64,000 nucleotides of DNA from Myxococcota bacterium (GTDB lineage Bacteria > Myxococcota_A > UBA9160 > SZUA-336): positions 1,504,001 to 1,568,000 of the forward strand of contig CBDFGR010000002.1 of assembly GCA_965247115.1 (NCBI GenBank), given 5' to 3'. The notes under the pieces were generated by a model. It made no database searches, was not told the DNA's origin, and saw only the letters and a list, made by a program, of their open reading frames with translations. The translations under genes were made by a program, and so were the position numbers. Below, in pieces: positions 49,724 to 59,263 of this stretch. Within the stretch, counting starts at the first letter, position 1; each line of letters opens with the position of its first letter.

Positions 49724-51291
49724 CCCGCGTGGTCCCGGAGCGCCCGGAGCGCAATGTCGCTCCTGAGCTGGGCACCCTCGAACTGGATGCGACGCGCGGC
49801 GGCGTAGGCACGATCGCGGGCGGCGGCGATGCTGGCACCGCGGGCCGTGATGCCGAGCACGCGCCCACCTGCCGTCTCCCAGCGACCGCCAGAGCGGCGG
49901 GTGGCGGCGTGAAACACGAGAACCTCCGGCTCGCTCTCGAGCTCCTCGAGCCCCCTGATCTCTCGCCCCACCGGGTAGCTGCGCGGATAGCCCTCGCTCG
50001 CCAGCACGACGCACACGGCCGGATCCCCGAAGACGGGGCCTGCGGGACCCGGCGCGCGAGCGGTCGCGCGCCACCCACCTCCGCTCGGCTTCGCCTCGCT
50101 GCGCGCGCCGCTATCCGCGGCGCTTGCACCTGCGGGACCCGGCGCGCGAGCGGTCGCGCGCCACCCACCTCCGCTCGGCTTCGCCTCGCTGCGCGCGCCG
50201 CTATCCGCGGCGCTTGCACCTGCGGGACCCGGCGCGCGAGCGGTCGCGCGCCACCCACCTCCGCTCGGCTTCGCCTCGCTGCGCGCGCCGCTATCCGCGG
50301 CGCTTGCACCTGCGGGATCCGGCGCGCGAGCCGCTTGCAGAGGGAGCTGGCCCTGGGCCGCACCCACGAGCAGCGGGACGAGGTCGGACTCCATTCGGTA
50401 CAGCAGAGGCTGCGTCTCCGGGTCGCCGAAGCGGACGTTAAACTCCACCACAACGGGCTCGGCCTCGACGACCATCACGCCGACGTAGAGCACTCCCCGA
50501 TAGGGCGTGCCCTCCGCACGCAGGCCGTCGAGCGTGGGCTGAACGATCTTCTCGATGATTCGCTGCTCCACGTCGGGGCTCACAACCGGGGCCGGGGAGT
50601 AGGCGCCCATGCCTCCTGTGTTCTCGCCGCGGTCACCGTCTAGCGCGCGTTTGTGATCCTGCGCAGCGGCCAGGCACACGCTGCGCTCCCCGTCGGAGAT
50701 CGCGTAGTACGAGGCCTCCTCGCCAACGAGCCAGTCCTCGATCACGACCTCGGCACCGGAGTCGCCGAAGCGCCGCTCGCGCATGATCTCCGAGAGGGCA
50801 ACGCTCGCCTCATCCGGACCCGCGCACATGTACACGCCCTTGCCAGCCGCGAGCCCGTCCGCCTTCACGACAAGCGGCCCGCCGCGAGCGCGCACATACC
50901 GCTCCGCTTTGTCTGGGTCCGCGAAGCCCTGGTAGGCGGCAGTCGGGATGCCGTGGCGCTGCATGAAGGCCTTGGCGAAGCTCTTGCTGCCCTCAAGGCG
51001 AGCCGCGGCCGCGCCGGGCCCGAATACCGCGATCCCGGCAGCCTCGAGGTGATCCGCCAATCCCGCGACCAGGGGAACCTCGGGACCGACGACCACCAGC
51101 TGAACGTCCTCGCGTTTCACGAGCTCCACGACGGAGTCGGGGCTGGCCAGCCGCGCCTCCGCACAGCGGCCGTGTCGCCCGATGCCGTCGCTGCCCGGGG
51201 CGCAGAGCACCTCGTCGACCAGCGGGCTGCGGCCGATCGCCCAGACCAGCGCGTGCTCACGACCTCCCGAGCCCAGAACCAGGACGCGCAT
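49720..51291 (-). CDS. purD: phosphoribosylamine--glycine ligase with a 100-aa repeat-derived insertion
   Basis: GSGGREHAL, VVGPE, LEGSK, KADGLAAGKGV, QDHKR, NTGGMG, EFNVRFGDPE, VVLASEGYP, GGRV. Confidence 0.95.
   Translation of the reverse strand: MRVLVLGSGGREHALVWAIGRSPLVDEVLCAPGSDGIGRHGRCAEARLASPDSVVELVKREDVQLVVVGPEVPLVAGLADHLEAAGIAVFGPGAAAARLEGSKSFAKAFMQRHGIPTAAYQGFADPDKAERYVRARGGPLVVKADGLAAGKGVYMCAGPDEASVALSEIMRERRFGDSGAEVVIEDWLVGEEASYYAISDGERSVCLAAAQDHKRALDGDRGENTGGMGAYSPAPVVSPDVEQRIIEKIVQPTLDGLRAEGTPYRGVLYVGVMVVEAEPVVVEFNVRFGDPETQPLLYRMESDLVPLLVGAAQGQLPLQAARAPDPAGASAADSGARSEAKPSGGGWRATARAPGPAGASAADSGARSEAKPSGGGWRATARAPGPAGASAADSGARSEAKPSGGGWRATARAPGPAGPVFGDPAVCVVLASEGYPRSYPVGREIRGLEELESEPEVLVFHAATRRSGGRWETAGGRVLGITARGASIAAARDRAYAAARRIQFEGAQLRSDIALRALRDHAG
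50039..50338 (+). repeat. REP-like array inside purD: three identical 90-bp copies (8-10) plus a 30-bp internally deleted copy
   Basis: Units 50039-50128, 50129-50218, 50219-50308; mini-copy 50309-50338 keeps both termini. Confidence 0.95.
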
Positions 51292-51299
51292 CACTCCTC

Positions 51300-51419
51300 C
51301 TTGTGGGACCCGCGCGCGGGCGGCCCTCCCGCGGGTCAACGACCCGCGGGCCGCTGACGGCTTCCCACCTTCGCTCAGGCCTACGGCCTTCGCTGCGCGC
51401 GCCGCTATGCGGCGCTTGC
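51300..51419 (+). repeat. REP-like element, copy 11 (expanded first hairpin)
   Basis: Consensus ends plus an extra CCCGCGGGTC-AAC-GACCCGCGGG palindrome. Confidence 0.85.
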
Positions 51420-51470
51420 AGGCTGCCTATTCTAGCGCTCAGGCTTACGACCTTCGGCGCGTTTCTTGGG

Positions 51471-52592
51471 TCAGCAGATGACCCGGGGGATGCGCGGGCC
51501 GATCCGGACCAGGATCTCGTAGGAGATGGTGTCGGCGGCCAGGGCCAGCTCCTCGACACGAAGCTCGAGCGCGGCGCGCCGGCCGAAGAGGAGCACCTCG
51601 TCTCCCTCGTGGCCCTCCCCGACCCGACCCACGTCGACGGTCGCCAGGTCACAAGAGACGCGGCCCACGAGCGGGACGCGTCGGCCGCGATGGCCGACCT
51701 GCAGGCGATTCCCCGCCGCCCGCGGCAGACCGTCCGCGTAGCCGATCGGCAGGGTCAGGATGCGCGTCGCATCCGGCGTCTCGTACGTCCCCCCGTACCC
51801 GATGCGCATGCCCGCAGGGACGTCCTTCGCCAGGCAGACACGCGCACACAGCGTCATCACCGCCTCGAGCGCGTGCCCGCCCTCGAGCGTGGGGTCGGCC
51901 CCGTACAGCGCGAGGCCGGGGCGTACTGCCGTCGTGTCCGGGGTCGCGCCCCGCACGATCCCTGCGGAGTTGTCGATGTGGGTCCACTCCGGCTCGAAGC
52001 CCGCGTCGCGGACCTGCGCGAGGAGCTCCCCGAACAGCTTGCGTTGGCGCTCGGTCACGGCGGACGAAGGATCGTCCGCCTCCGCCAAGTGGCTCATGAC
52101 CCCTTCCAGACCGACCTCCGGGGTCGAGCCCAGACGCTCGAGGATCGGCGTCAGATCCCGCGGCAGGAAGCCCAGGCGTCCCATCCCCGTGTCCAACTTC
52201 AGGTGGACAGGCGCACGCACTCCCGCCCGCTTCGCCGCAGCCGCGACCGCTTCCAGATGCTGCAGGCGCAGCAATGTTGGCACCACCTGAAGGGCCAGCA
52301 GCTCGTCCGCGTGTTGCGGCGTAAGCGGCCCCGCCAGCAGGAGAATCGGTGCTCGGATCGAGGCCTGCCGCAGCTCCCGCGCCTCCTCCAGCGTGACCAC
52401 GGCGAGCGCGTCGCAACCTGCGCGCACGAGGGCATGCGAGACCGGAACGACACCGTGTCCGTAGGCGTTCGCCTTGACGACCGCGATCACGCGTCGGTCC
52501 CGCGCCTGCTGCCGGAGCTGGGCGTAATTCCGCTGCAGCGCGCCGAGGTCGATCTCGGCCCAGGCGCGCGCCTTCTCCTCGGTCACCTTCAC
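51471..52592 (-). CDS. alr: alanine racemase
   Basis: AWAEIDL, VVKANAYGHG (PLP Lys), HLKLDTGMGRLG, IGYADG, TISYEI. Confidence 0.95.
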   Translation of the reverse strand: MKVTEEKARAWAEIDLGALQRNYAQLRQQARDRRVIAVVKANAYGHGVVPVSHALVRAGCDALAVVTLEEARELRQASIRAPILLLAGPLTPQHADELLALQVVPTLLRLQHLEAVAAAAKRAGVRAPVHLKLDTGMGRLGFLPRDLTPILERLGSTPEVGLEGVMSHLAEADDPSSAVTERQRKLFGELLAQVRDAGFEPEWTHIDNSAGIVRGATPDTTAVRPGLALYGADPTLEGGHALEAVMTLCARVCLAKDVPAGMRIGYGGTYETPDATRILTLPIGYADGLPRAAGNRLQVGHRGRRVPLVGRVSCDLATVDVGRVGEGHEGDEVLLFGRRAALELRVEELALAADTISYEILVRIGPRIPRVIC

Positions 52593-52670
52593 GCCCCAGA
52601 CTGTAGGGGCGCCCGCAAGTGGTGTCTTGCGTTTGAACTTCCACACTGCATCGCTTACCGTCGAAACTGG

Positions 52671-52871
52671 ATGAGATTCGAACTCAACGGCGAGTCTCAG
52701 CACGTCCCGGAACCCCTCAGCGTGCGCGATCTGCTGGAACGCTTCGGGCTTGGGAAACGTCGTGTCGCCGTGGCGATCAACGCCGAGGTCGTGCCGAGAT
52801 CTCGGTTCGAGCTGGCCCGGATCCACGAGGGCGATCACATCGAGGTCATCCAGGCCGTCGGAGGCGGATAA
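52671..52871 (+). CDS. thiS: sulfur carrier protein ThiS
   Basis: 66 aa, [12 protein letters not shown], ends AVGGG; stop overlaps thiG ATG. Confidence 0.93.
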   Translation: MRFELNGESQHVPEPLSVRDLLERFGLGKRRVAVAINAEVVPRSRFELARIHEGDHIEVIQAVGGG

Positions 52872-53650
52872 TGTCCGGGAGCTATCGACTCGGGGATGCC
52901 GAGTTCCACTCGCGCTTGATCATCGGCTCGGGGAAGTACAAGTCTTTCGAGGAGAACCGCCAGGCGCTGGACGAGAGCGGTGCGGAGCTGATTACGGTCG
53001 CCGTGCGCCGTATCGATCTCTCGAGCCGCGACGCCGGCTCCCTGCTCGATTACATCCCACCGGACCAGTTCCAGCTGCTGCCGAACACGGCCGGCTGCTA
53101 CACCGCGAAGGAGGCCGTCACCACCGCCCAGCTGGCTCGCGAGCTCCTCGACACCCCACTCGTCAAGCTCGAGGTGATCGGCGACGAGCGTACGCTGTTC
53201 CCCGACACTAGCGAGACGCTGGAGGCGGCCCGGATCCTGATCGCGGAAGGCTTCACCGTGCTGCCGTATATCACCGACGATCCGGTGGCCTGCCTCAGGC
53301 TCGAAGAGCTGGGCTGTGCTGCAGTCATGCCGCTGGGGGCGCCAATCGGCTCCGGCCTCGGAATCCGCAACCCGACGAACATTCGCATCATCCTGGAGAG
53401 CGTCAGCGTCCCGGTCATTGTAGATGCTGGTGTGGGCACGGCCTCCGATGCCGCGATCGCTATGGAGCTCGGCTGTACCGCGGTCCTGATGAACACCGGA
53501 ATCGCCGCGGCGAAGGACCCCCTCAAGATGGCGCGCGCAATGCGTCTGGCGGTGGAGAGCGGGCGCATGGCCTACGAGGCCGGGCGCATGCCGAGCCGAC
53601 TCTACGCCCAGGCCTCCAGTCCCATGGAGGGGCGAATCGACGTACCGTGA
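52871..53650 (+). CDS. thiG: thiazole synthase
   Basis: [29 protein letters not shown]. Confidence 0.96.
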   Translation: MSGSYRLGDAEFHSRLIIGSGKYKSFEENRQALDESGAELITVAVRRIDLSSRDAGSLLDYIPPDQFQLLPNTAGCYTAKEAVTTAQLARELLDTPLVKLEVIGDERTLFPDTSETLEAARILIAEGFTVLPYITDDPVACLRLEELGCAAVMPLGAPIGSGLGIRNPTNIRIILESVSVPVIVDAGVGTASDAAIAMELGCTAVLMNTGIAAAKDPLKMARAMRLAVESGRMAYEAGRMPSRLYAQASSPMEGRIDVP

Positions 53651-54270
53651 TCCCGCGCCTCTGCTACATCACAGATGCCGAGCGAGGGACCGGCGGGCGC
53701 CCGCTGGCACAAGTGCTGAAGGACTCGGCCCGCGGCGGAGTGGAGCTCGTGGTGCTGAGAGAGCCCCAGCTAGAGGGCAGCGAATGGGAGGCTCTCTTGC
53801 AGCAGATCGCCCCGCTGCGCGAGGAGGGGCTCAGAGTGGTCGCCAGTCGCCGCTTGGACGTGGCTAGAGCCTGCGAGCTGGATGGCGTCCACCTGGCGGC
53901 CGACGCGATCAGCGTAGCCGAGGCTCGCGCCTGGCTGGGGCCGGGGGCCCTGATCGGATATTCGGCCCACTCGGGCAGCGAGGCTCGCGACGCTGCCGCC
54001 GCCGGCGCAAGCTATGTGACACTTTCGCCGATCTACCAGACAGCGTCCAAACCCGGGACTGCCGGTCGGGGCTGCGCCTGGCTGGCGCAAGAGCTGCGGG
54101 AGGTGGAACTTCCCGTACTCGCACTCGGCGGCCTGACACCGGAACGCACACCGGAGGTGCTGGAGGCCGGAGCCTGGGGCGTCGCGGCAGTGTCCGCGAT
54201 CGGCGCGGCTCCGGACGTCAGGGCGGCCGTCGGTGAATTTCAGAACGCACTCAAGGAGAACGCACCATGA
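53647..54270 (+). CDS. thiE: thiamine phosphate synthase (ThiE/TenI family)
   Basis: [27 protein letters not shown]; follows thiG; could be TenI-like. Confidence 0.75.
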   Translation: MIPRLCYITDAERGTGGRPLAQVLKDSARGGVELVVLREPQLEGSEWEALLQQIAPLREEGLRVVASRRLDVARACELDGVHLAADAISVAEARAWLGPGALIGYSAHSGSEARDAAAAGASYVTLSPIYQTASKPGTAGRGCAWLAQELREVELPVLALGGLTPERTPEVLEAGAWGVAAVSAIGAAPDVRAAVGEFQNALKENAP

Positions 54271-55721
54271 CTCGCGCCTCACTCCTCGTACCGTTCGTCG
54301 CGAGCTTGGTCGGCTGCACAAGCCTGCCGAGCGCGCTCGCGAACGATCCGCTGGAGGCCCTGCAGACCCGGGTCATCGACGTCAACCACGCGGCGAGCCC
54401 CTCCGTCGTCCACATCGAGGCGGCGCTCAAGGTCAACAACCGGCGCAAGCTGGTGACAGGCTCCGGCTTCATTACCCATCCCGAGGGCATCGTGGTGACA
54501 AACGAGCACGTGGTCGAGCGGGCGCAGAAGGTCACCGTCCTGGTTCCTGGACGCGAGGGTCGCTATGCGGCGCAGGTCGTGGGAACGGACAAGCAGACGG
54601 ACCTCGCGGTCCTGCGCATCGAGCCGCGCGAGGGGGAGCCGCCTTTCGCCGCAGCCGCACTCGGTGACTCCGACCAGCTGCGCGTTGGGGAGTGGGTGAT
54701 CGCGATCGGAAATCCCTACGGGCTGGAAGGGACGGTCTCGCTTGGGATCGTGTCGGCCAAGGGCCGGGATCTGAAAGAAGGGAATCTGCTGAACGACTTC
54801 ATCCAGACGGACGCCATGATCGATCACGGCTCGTCGGGCGGACCTTTGCTCGATCTGGACGGGCTGGTCGTAGGCGTGAATTCCCGCGGCCAGGGTCGCG
54901 GCATCGGCTTCACCATCCCCATCAACACGGCCAAGCAGGTCGCGGCCGATCTGCTGGGCGAGGGGCGCATCGCGCGCGGCTATCTCGGCGTGTCCATTCA
55001 GCCGCTCGATCGCGAGCTCGCCCGCTACTGGGGCATCGAGCAGATCCACGGCGTGATCGTCGGCGCGGTGACGCACCAATCGCCTGCCCAGAATGCCGGG
55101 CTCCACGTGGGCGACATCATCACGCGCTTCGACGGCGAGGAGATCCGCGCGGAGAAGGACGAGGACATGGGCCAGTTCCAGCGCCTGATCGCGGCCATGC
55201 AGGCGGGGGAGGAGGTCGCGATCGACGTATTGCGCGGTGGTGAGCACAAGACCGTTACCGCGACGCTGAGCGCCCAGCCCAAGGTCGTACCCGATGAGGA
55301 AGAGACCGAGCTCGGCTTCACCGCCCAGGAGGTGACCGAGATCCTCTATCGATCCCACCGTCTCGAGCAACGCTCCGGGGTGCTCTGCTCCTTCGTCGAG
55401 CGCGGCTCGGAGGCGGCTGAGGCGGGCATGGCACCTGGAGACCTGATCGTGGAGGTCGAGGGGGTCGAGATCCGCGACATCGAGGAGTTCCGGCAGGCGA
55501 TGAGGGACCTGCGTCCTGGCACTCCGTTCCTGATCCGGGCGCTGCGTGGCGACAACATGCGGTACATGCTGGTCGTGCCGCGTTCCGGCGACTTCCGGGC
55601 CGCAAGCGCGAGACCCGAGCGGCAGCTTGCGCGCAAGATCGATGTGCGAGCCAGAGACGAGGGCGGGGAGGGAACAGATCTTGCGCAGTCATCCTCTGAA
55701 GGCAGGCGGATCACCAAATAG
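54267..55721 (+). CDS. HtrA/DegP-family serine protease 1 (lipoprotein, atypical active-site loop)
   Basis: LVGC lipobox; TNEHV, TDLAVL, QTDAMIDHGSSGGPL; two PDZ-like domains. Confidence 0.88.
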   Translation: MTRASLLVPFVASLVGCTSLPSALANDPLEALQTRVIDVNHAASPSVVHIEAALKVNNRRKLVTGSGFITHPEGIVVTNEHVVERAQKVTVLVPGREGRYAAQVVGTDKQTDLAVLRIEPREGEPPFAAAALGDSDQLRVGEWVIAIGNPYGLEGTVSLGIVSAKGRDLKEGNLLNDFIQTDAMIDHGSSGGPLLDLDGLVVGVNSRGQGRGIGFTIPINTAKQVAADLLGEGRIARGYLGVSIQPLDRELARYWGIEQIHGVIVGAVTHQSPAQNAGLHVGDIITRFDGEEIRAEKDEDMGQFQRLIAAMQAGEEVAIDVLRGGEHKTVTATLSAQPKVVPDEEETELGFTAQEVTEILYRSHRLEQRSGVLCSFVERGSEAAEAGMAPGDLIVEVEGVEIRDIEEFRQAMRDLRPGTPFLIRALRGDNMRYMLVVPRSGDFRAASARPERQLARKIDVRARDEGGEGTDLAQSSSEGRRITK

Positions 55722-55755
55722 GGCGGCGGAGCCCGCCGTCAAAGGGACTGGCCCG

Positions 55756-57111
55756 ATGAAGAGCACCCTACTCGCTTGGGTCGTCCTTCCGATCCTCGCG
55801 ATCGGGAGCACGGCTGTAGCCGACGTCGACACGCGCCGCACCCCCATTGTGAAGGCCGTAGAGCGCGTTGGCCCAGCCACAGTGAACATCACCTCGACCC
55901 AGGAGGTGCGCCAGCGGGCCAATCCCTTCTTCAGCTCGGACCCGTTCATCGAGAAGTTCTTCGGCACCTTCCTCGATCCCCGGCGCCGAACGGTCAGCAG
56001 CCTGGGTACCGGCCTCATCATCGGGCCAGAGGGCCAGGTGCTGACGAACGAGCACGTCCTGGCCGGCGCGACACAGATCCACGTCGTGCTCGCCGACGGG
56101 CGCGAGTTCGACGCCGAGCTCATCGGCGCGGACCCGGAGACGGACCTCGCGGTCGTGCAGATCAGCGCGGACGAGCCGCTGCCCTTCGTGGAGCTCGGGA
56201 GCTCGGAGGATCTGCTGATTGGCGAGACCGTGATCGCGATCGGGAACCCTTTCGGCCTGCACCACACGGTAACAACCGGCGTGCTCTCAGCGGAGAACCG
56301 CTCGATCCGCGCGGGCGACCGCGAGTACCACGGGTTCCTGCAGACCGACGCAAGTATCAACCCAGGGAACTCGGGCGGACCGCTGCTCAACATCGACGGC
56401 GACGTGATCGCCATCAATACCGCCATCTTTCGCGAGGCGGAGGGAATCGGCTTTGCCATCCCGATAGACAGGGCGAAGCGGGTCGTCGACGACCTCTTGA
56501 CCCACGGCGAGGTCATTCCGGTCTGGCTGGGCCTTCGCCTGCAAGACCTCACCCAGAGCCTCCGCGACGCGTTCACTGCCCGCGCGACGGGCGGCGTCCT
56601 GATTACGCACGTCTTCGCTGACTCCCCCGCGCAGCGCGCGAAGCTGCGCCGTGGCGACATCCTGCTCGAGCTGGATGGGACGAAGATCGGCACCGCGCGC
56701 AACTACTTCGAGGTCCTGGCCGGGCTGACCGATGGGGACCGCGCCGAGCTCGTGATCGACCGCGGGGGAGATCAACATCGGCAGGAGACGCACGCTGAGA
56801 TCTTTCCGGAGAGCAGGGCCGACGAGCTGGCTCAGATCCTTCTCGGTGTGGAAGTTGCGGAGATAGACAGTGAGCCGGGGGCCCGCCGCCGGGGCAACCG
56901 CGGCCTCGTAGTGCGGCGTGTCATCCCCCGTAGCTCAGCGGATTACAAGAGGATTCGACCAGGCGATGTGATCCTGAAGATCGACCAGGACCCGGTCGAG
57001 GATCGTGTTGCCTTTCGCAAGGCGATTACTAAGCTTCGCGGACGTGGACAGGTGCTCCTTCTCGTCCAGCGCGAGCGCTATGGCTACTACGTGACCCTGG
57101 ATCTGTCCTAG
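55756..57111 (+). CDS. HtrA/DegP-family serine protease 2
   Basis: Signal peptide; TNEHV, TDLAV, QTDASINPGNSGGPL; two PDZ-like domains. Confidence 0.92.
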   Translation: MKSTLLAWVVLPILAIGSTAVADVDTRRTPIVKAVERVGPATVNITSTQEVRQRANPFFSSDPFIEKFFGTFLDPRRRTVSSLGTGLIIGPEGQVLTNEHVLAGATQIHVVLADGREFDAELIGADPETDLAVVQISADEPLPFVELGSSEDLLIGETVIAIGNPFGLHHTVTTGVLSAENRSIRAGDREYHGFLQTDASINPGNSGGPLLNIDGDVIAINTAIFREAEGIGFAIPIDRAKRVVDDLLTHGEVIPVWLGLRLQDLTQSLRDAFTARATGGVLITHVFADSPAQRAKLRRGDILLELDGTKIGTARNYFEVLAGLTDGDRAELVIDRGGDQHRQETHAEIFPESRADELAQILLGVEVAEIDSEPGARRRGNRGLVVRRVIPRSSADYKRIRPGDVILKIDQDPVEDRVAFRKAITKLRGRGQVLLLVQRERYGYYVTLDLS

Positions 57112-57130
57112 ACCGCAGGAGAGGAATTCG

Positions 57131-58579
57131 ATGAGACACGGCAAGGTTCTGGCGGCGATCGGCTTCGCGTTTGGGGGATTGCTGATCCTCACCCAACCGC
57201 TGGGCCTGGAGCTGCGGCTGAGCGAAAAGAGTGCCCACGCCCGCGTCGCGGGCGACGCCTTCTGGACGGACGGACAACCCGGCCCCACGCTCGGCAGGCC
57301 CGACTCGGTGGCGGATCTGGCCGAGGCCCTGTCTCCCGCGGTCGTGAACATCAAAACGGAGCGGAAGAGCAGCGCTCGCAGTCCCGACATCTTCGAGGAG
57401 TTCTTCGGGCGCCGCCGTCCTCGGGGAGGACCGCCTCCACAGTTCCGCACCGACGCGACGGGCTCGGGCTTCGTAATCTCCGAGGACGGCTACATCGTGA
57501 CGAACAACCACGTGGTGGAGGGAGCCGACAAGATCGTTGTGGTGCTGGACAACGGAGAGGAGCTCGATGCGGAGATCGTCGGTCGTGACCCGGAGACGGA
57601 CCTGGCGTTGCTCAAGATAGACGCCGATCACGAGCTCAACGTCGCACCGCTAGGTGACTCCGACGCCATCCGCGTCGGCGATTGGCTCATGGCGATCGGC
57701 AATCCCTTCGGACTCGATCACACGGTTACCCTCGGCATCCTGTCCGCGCGCGGCCGCAACATCAACGCAGGAAGGTACGACGACTTCCTGCAGACCGACG
57801 CGAGCATAAATCCTGGCAACTCGGGTGGACCGCTGTTCGACATGCGCGGGCGCGTGATCGGGATCAACACGGCAATCAACCAGAACGGTCAGGGCATCGG
57901 CTTTGCCATCCCGATCAACATGGCGAAGGATCTGCTCCCTCAGCTGCGCGCCGTGGGCGCGGTGACGCGAGGCTGGCTCGGTGTGCAGATTCAGCGCGTG
58001 AACCCGGCCCTGGCGAAGAGCTTCGGGCTCGATGAGCCGCGCGGCGCCCTCATCTCCATGGTCTTCGAGGACGGGCCGGCGGACAAGGCCCGGATCAAGC
58101 GCGGCGACGTGATCGTCGAGTTCGACGGCTCCGCGATCGACGAGTTCAACGACCTTCCGAGAATCGTGGCGAATACCGCTCCCGAGAGCGAGGTCTCGGT
58201 CAAGGTGCTGCGCGACGGTAAGGCCAAGACCCTCAAGGCAAGGCTCGGCAAGCTGGAGGAGGACCAGGTCCAGCTGGCATCGACCGAGCGCCACGATTCC
58301 GAGTGGGGCTTCGAGGTGGAGGCCCTGACCAGCGACATCGTGGAGAGGCTCGATCTGGACAAGGACCTGTCCGGCGTCCTGGTAACGGGCGTCGATCCCG
58401 AGTCAGGTGCCTACGATGAGGGGCTGCGCCAGGGCGACATCATTCTCGAGGTGAACCGCACCGAGGTCTCCCGGCCCGACCAGGTGACCCGGGCGCTCGA
58501 GAAGGAAGACGAGCACGCCGTGCTTCTCGTGCAGCGAGGCGAGGCGACGCTGTATCTCGCGATCGAGCGGGAGCGGTAG
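57131..58579 (+). CDS. HtrA/DegP/DegQ-family serine protease 3
   Basis: TNNHVV, TDLAL, QTDASINPGNSGGPL, RGWLGV; two PDZ domains. Confidence 0.94.
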   Translation: MRHGKVLAAIGFAFGGLLILTQPLGLELRLSEKSAHARVAGDAFWTDGQPGPTLGRPDSVADLAEALSPAVVNIKTERKSSARSPDIFEEFFGRRRPRGGPPPQFRTDATGSGFVISEDGYIVTNNHVVEGADKIVVVLDNGEELDAEIVGRDPETDLALLKIDADHELNVAPLGDSDAIRVGDWLMAIGNPFGLDHTVTLGILSARGRNINAGRYDDFLQTDASINPGNSGGPLFDMRGRVIGINTAINQNGQGIGFAIPINMAKDLLPQLRAVGAVTRGWLGVQIQRVNPALAKSFGLDEPRGALISMVFEDGPADKARIKRGDVIVEFDGSAIDEFNDLPRIVANTAPESEVSVKVLRDGKAKTLKARLGKLEEDQVQLASTERHDSEWGFEVEALTSDIVERLDLDKDLSGVLVTGVDPESGAYDEGLRQGDIILEVNRTEVSRPDQVTRALEKEDEHAVLLVQRGEATLYLAIERER

Positions 58580-58582
58580 GGC

Positions 58583-59251
58583 TCAGCGCGCAATCAGCAG
58601 TCGGATCCGATTGCCTGCCTTCTCGGAGTGGTCGGCGAGGTCCCCGATCCACCCAATGATTTGGTACCAGAACACCACGGTGACCGGTGCGAGCGTATCC
58701 TCGAGCGTGAAGAGCTCTCTTCGGAGCGAGCCTTCCAGCTGGTCACAGTTCTCTTCCAGAGCGCCGAGGTCCTCGATCATCCGCGCGACGTAGTCCGCCT
58801 CTCGACCCCGAAAGCCGGTCTCGATCAGCTCGTCCAGCTCATCGACGACCGTCGCGACCTTCTCGCACGCCAGCACCACCTCGCGTGAGAGCTGGATCAG
58901 AATCGCCTTCATGGACTCGGGCACGCTCATCTGGCGCTCGACCAGCAAGCCGGCAACGTCCTGAGCGATGTCTGCGATGGAGTCCTGTACGTCGAGGATC
59001 TCGAGCAAGTCACGCCGGTCGACCGGCAGCAGCAGGCGACGCGGCAAGTGGGCGCGCAGATCGTTCTTGAGCTTGTCCGCCTCGCCTTCGAGCTCATCGA
59101 TTTGCCGCTCCAAGCTGCGCACGCGTTCCATGTCATCCTCGCAGAGTGCGAGGACGAGCGGCGGCACCCGGCGGGCACACTCGAGCACCACGTGCATGTG
59201 TTCCTGTAGAGGCTTGAACGGAGACTTTGCAAAGAGATCGAGAAACGCCAT
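58583..59251 (-). CDS. DUF47/TIGR00153 phosphate transport regulator
   Basis: LFAKSPFKPLQEHM, LE.EAD.LK, PVDRRDLL, QDSIAD; next to a PiT gene. Confidence 0.88.
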   Translation of the reverse strand: MAFLDLFAKSPFKPLQEHMHVVLECARRVPPLVLALCEDDMERVRSLERQIDELEGEADKLKNDLRAHLPRRLLLPVDRRDLLEILDVQDSIADIAQDVAGLLVERQMSVPESMKAILIQLSREVVLACEKVATVVDELDELIETGFRGREADYVARMIEDLGALEENCDQLEGSLRRELFTLEDTLAPVTVVFWYQIIGWIGDLADHSEKAGNRIRLLIAR

Positions 59252-59263
59252 CTCGTACGCCTC

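Noticed and set aside
50039..50338. CRISPR array
   Set aside because: Units are identical 90-mers with no unique spacers, lie inside purD, and no cas genes are present in the window
52593..52670. TPP riboswitch upstream of thiS
   Set aside because: Spacer is only ~78 bp and lacks the CTGAGA core motif
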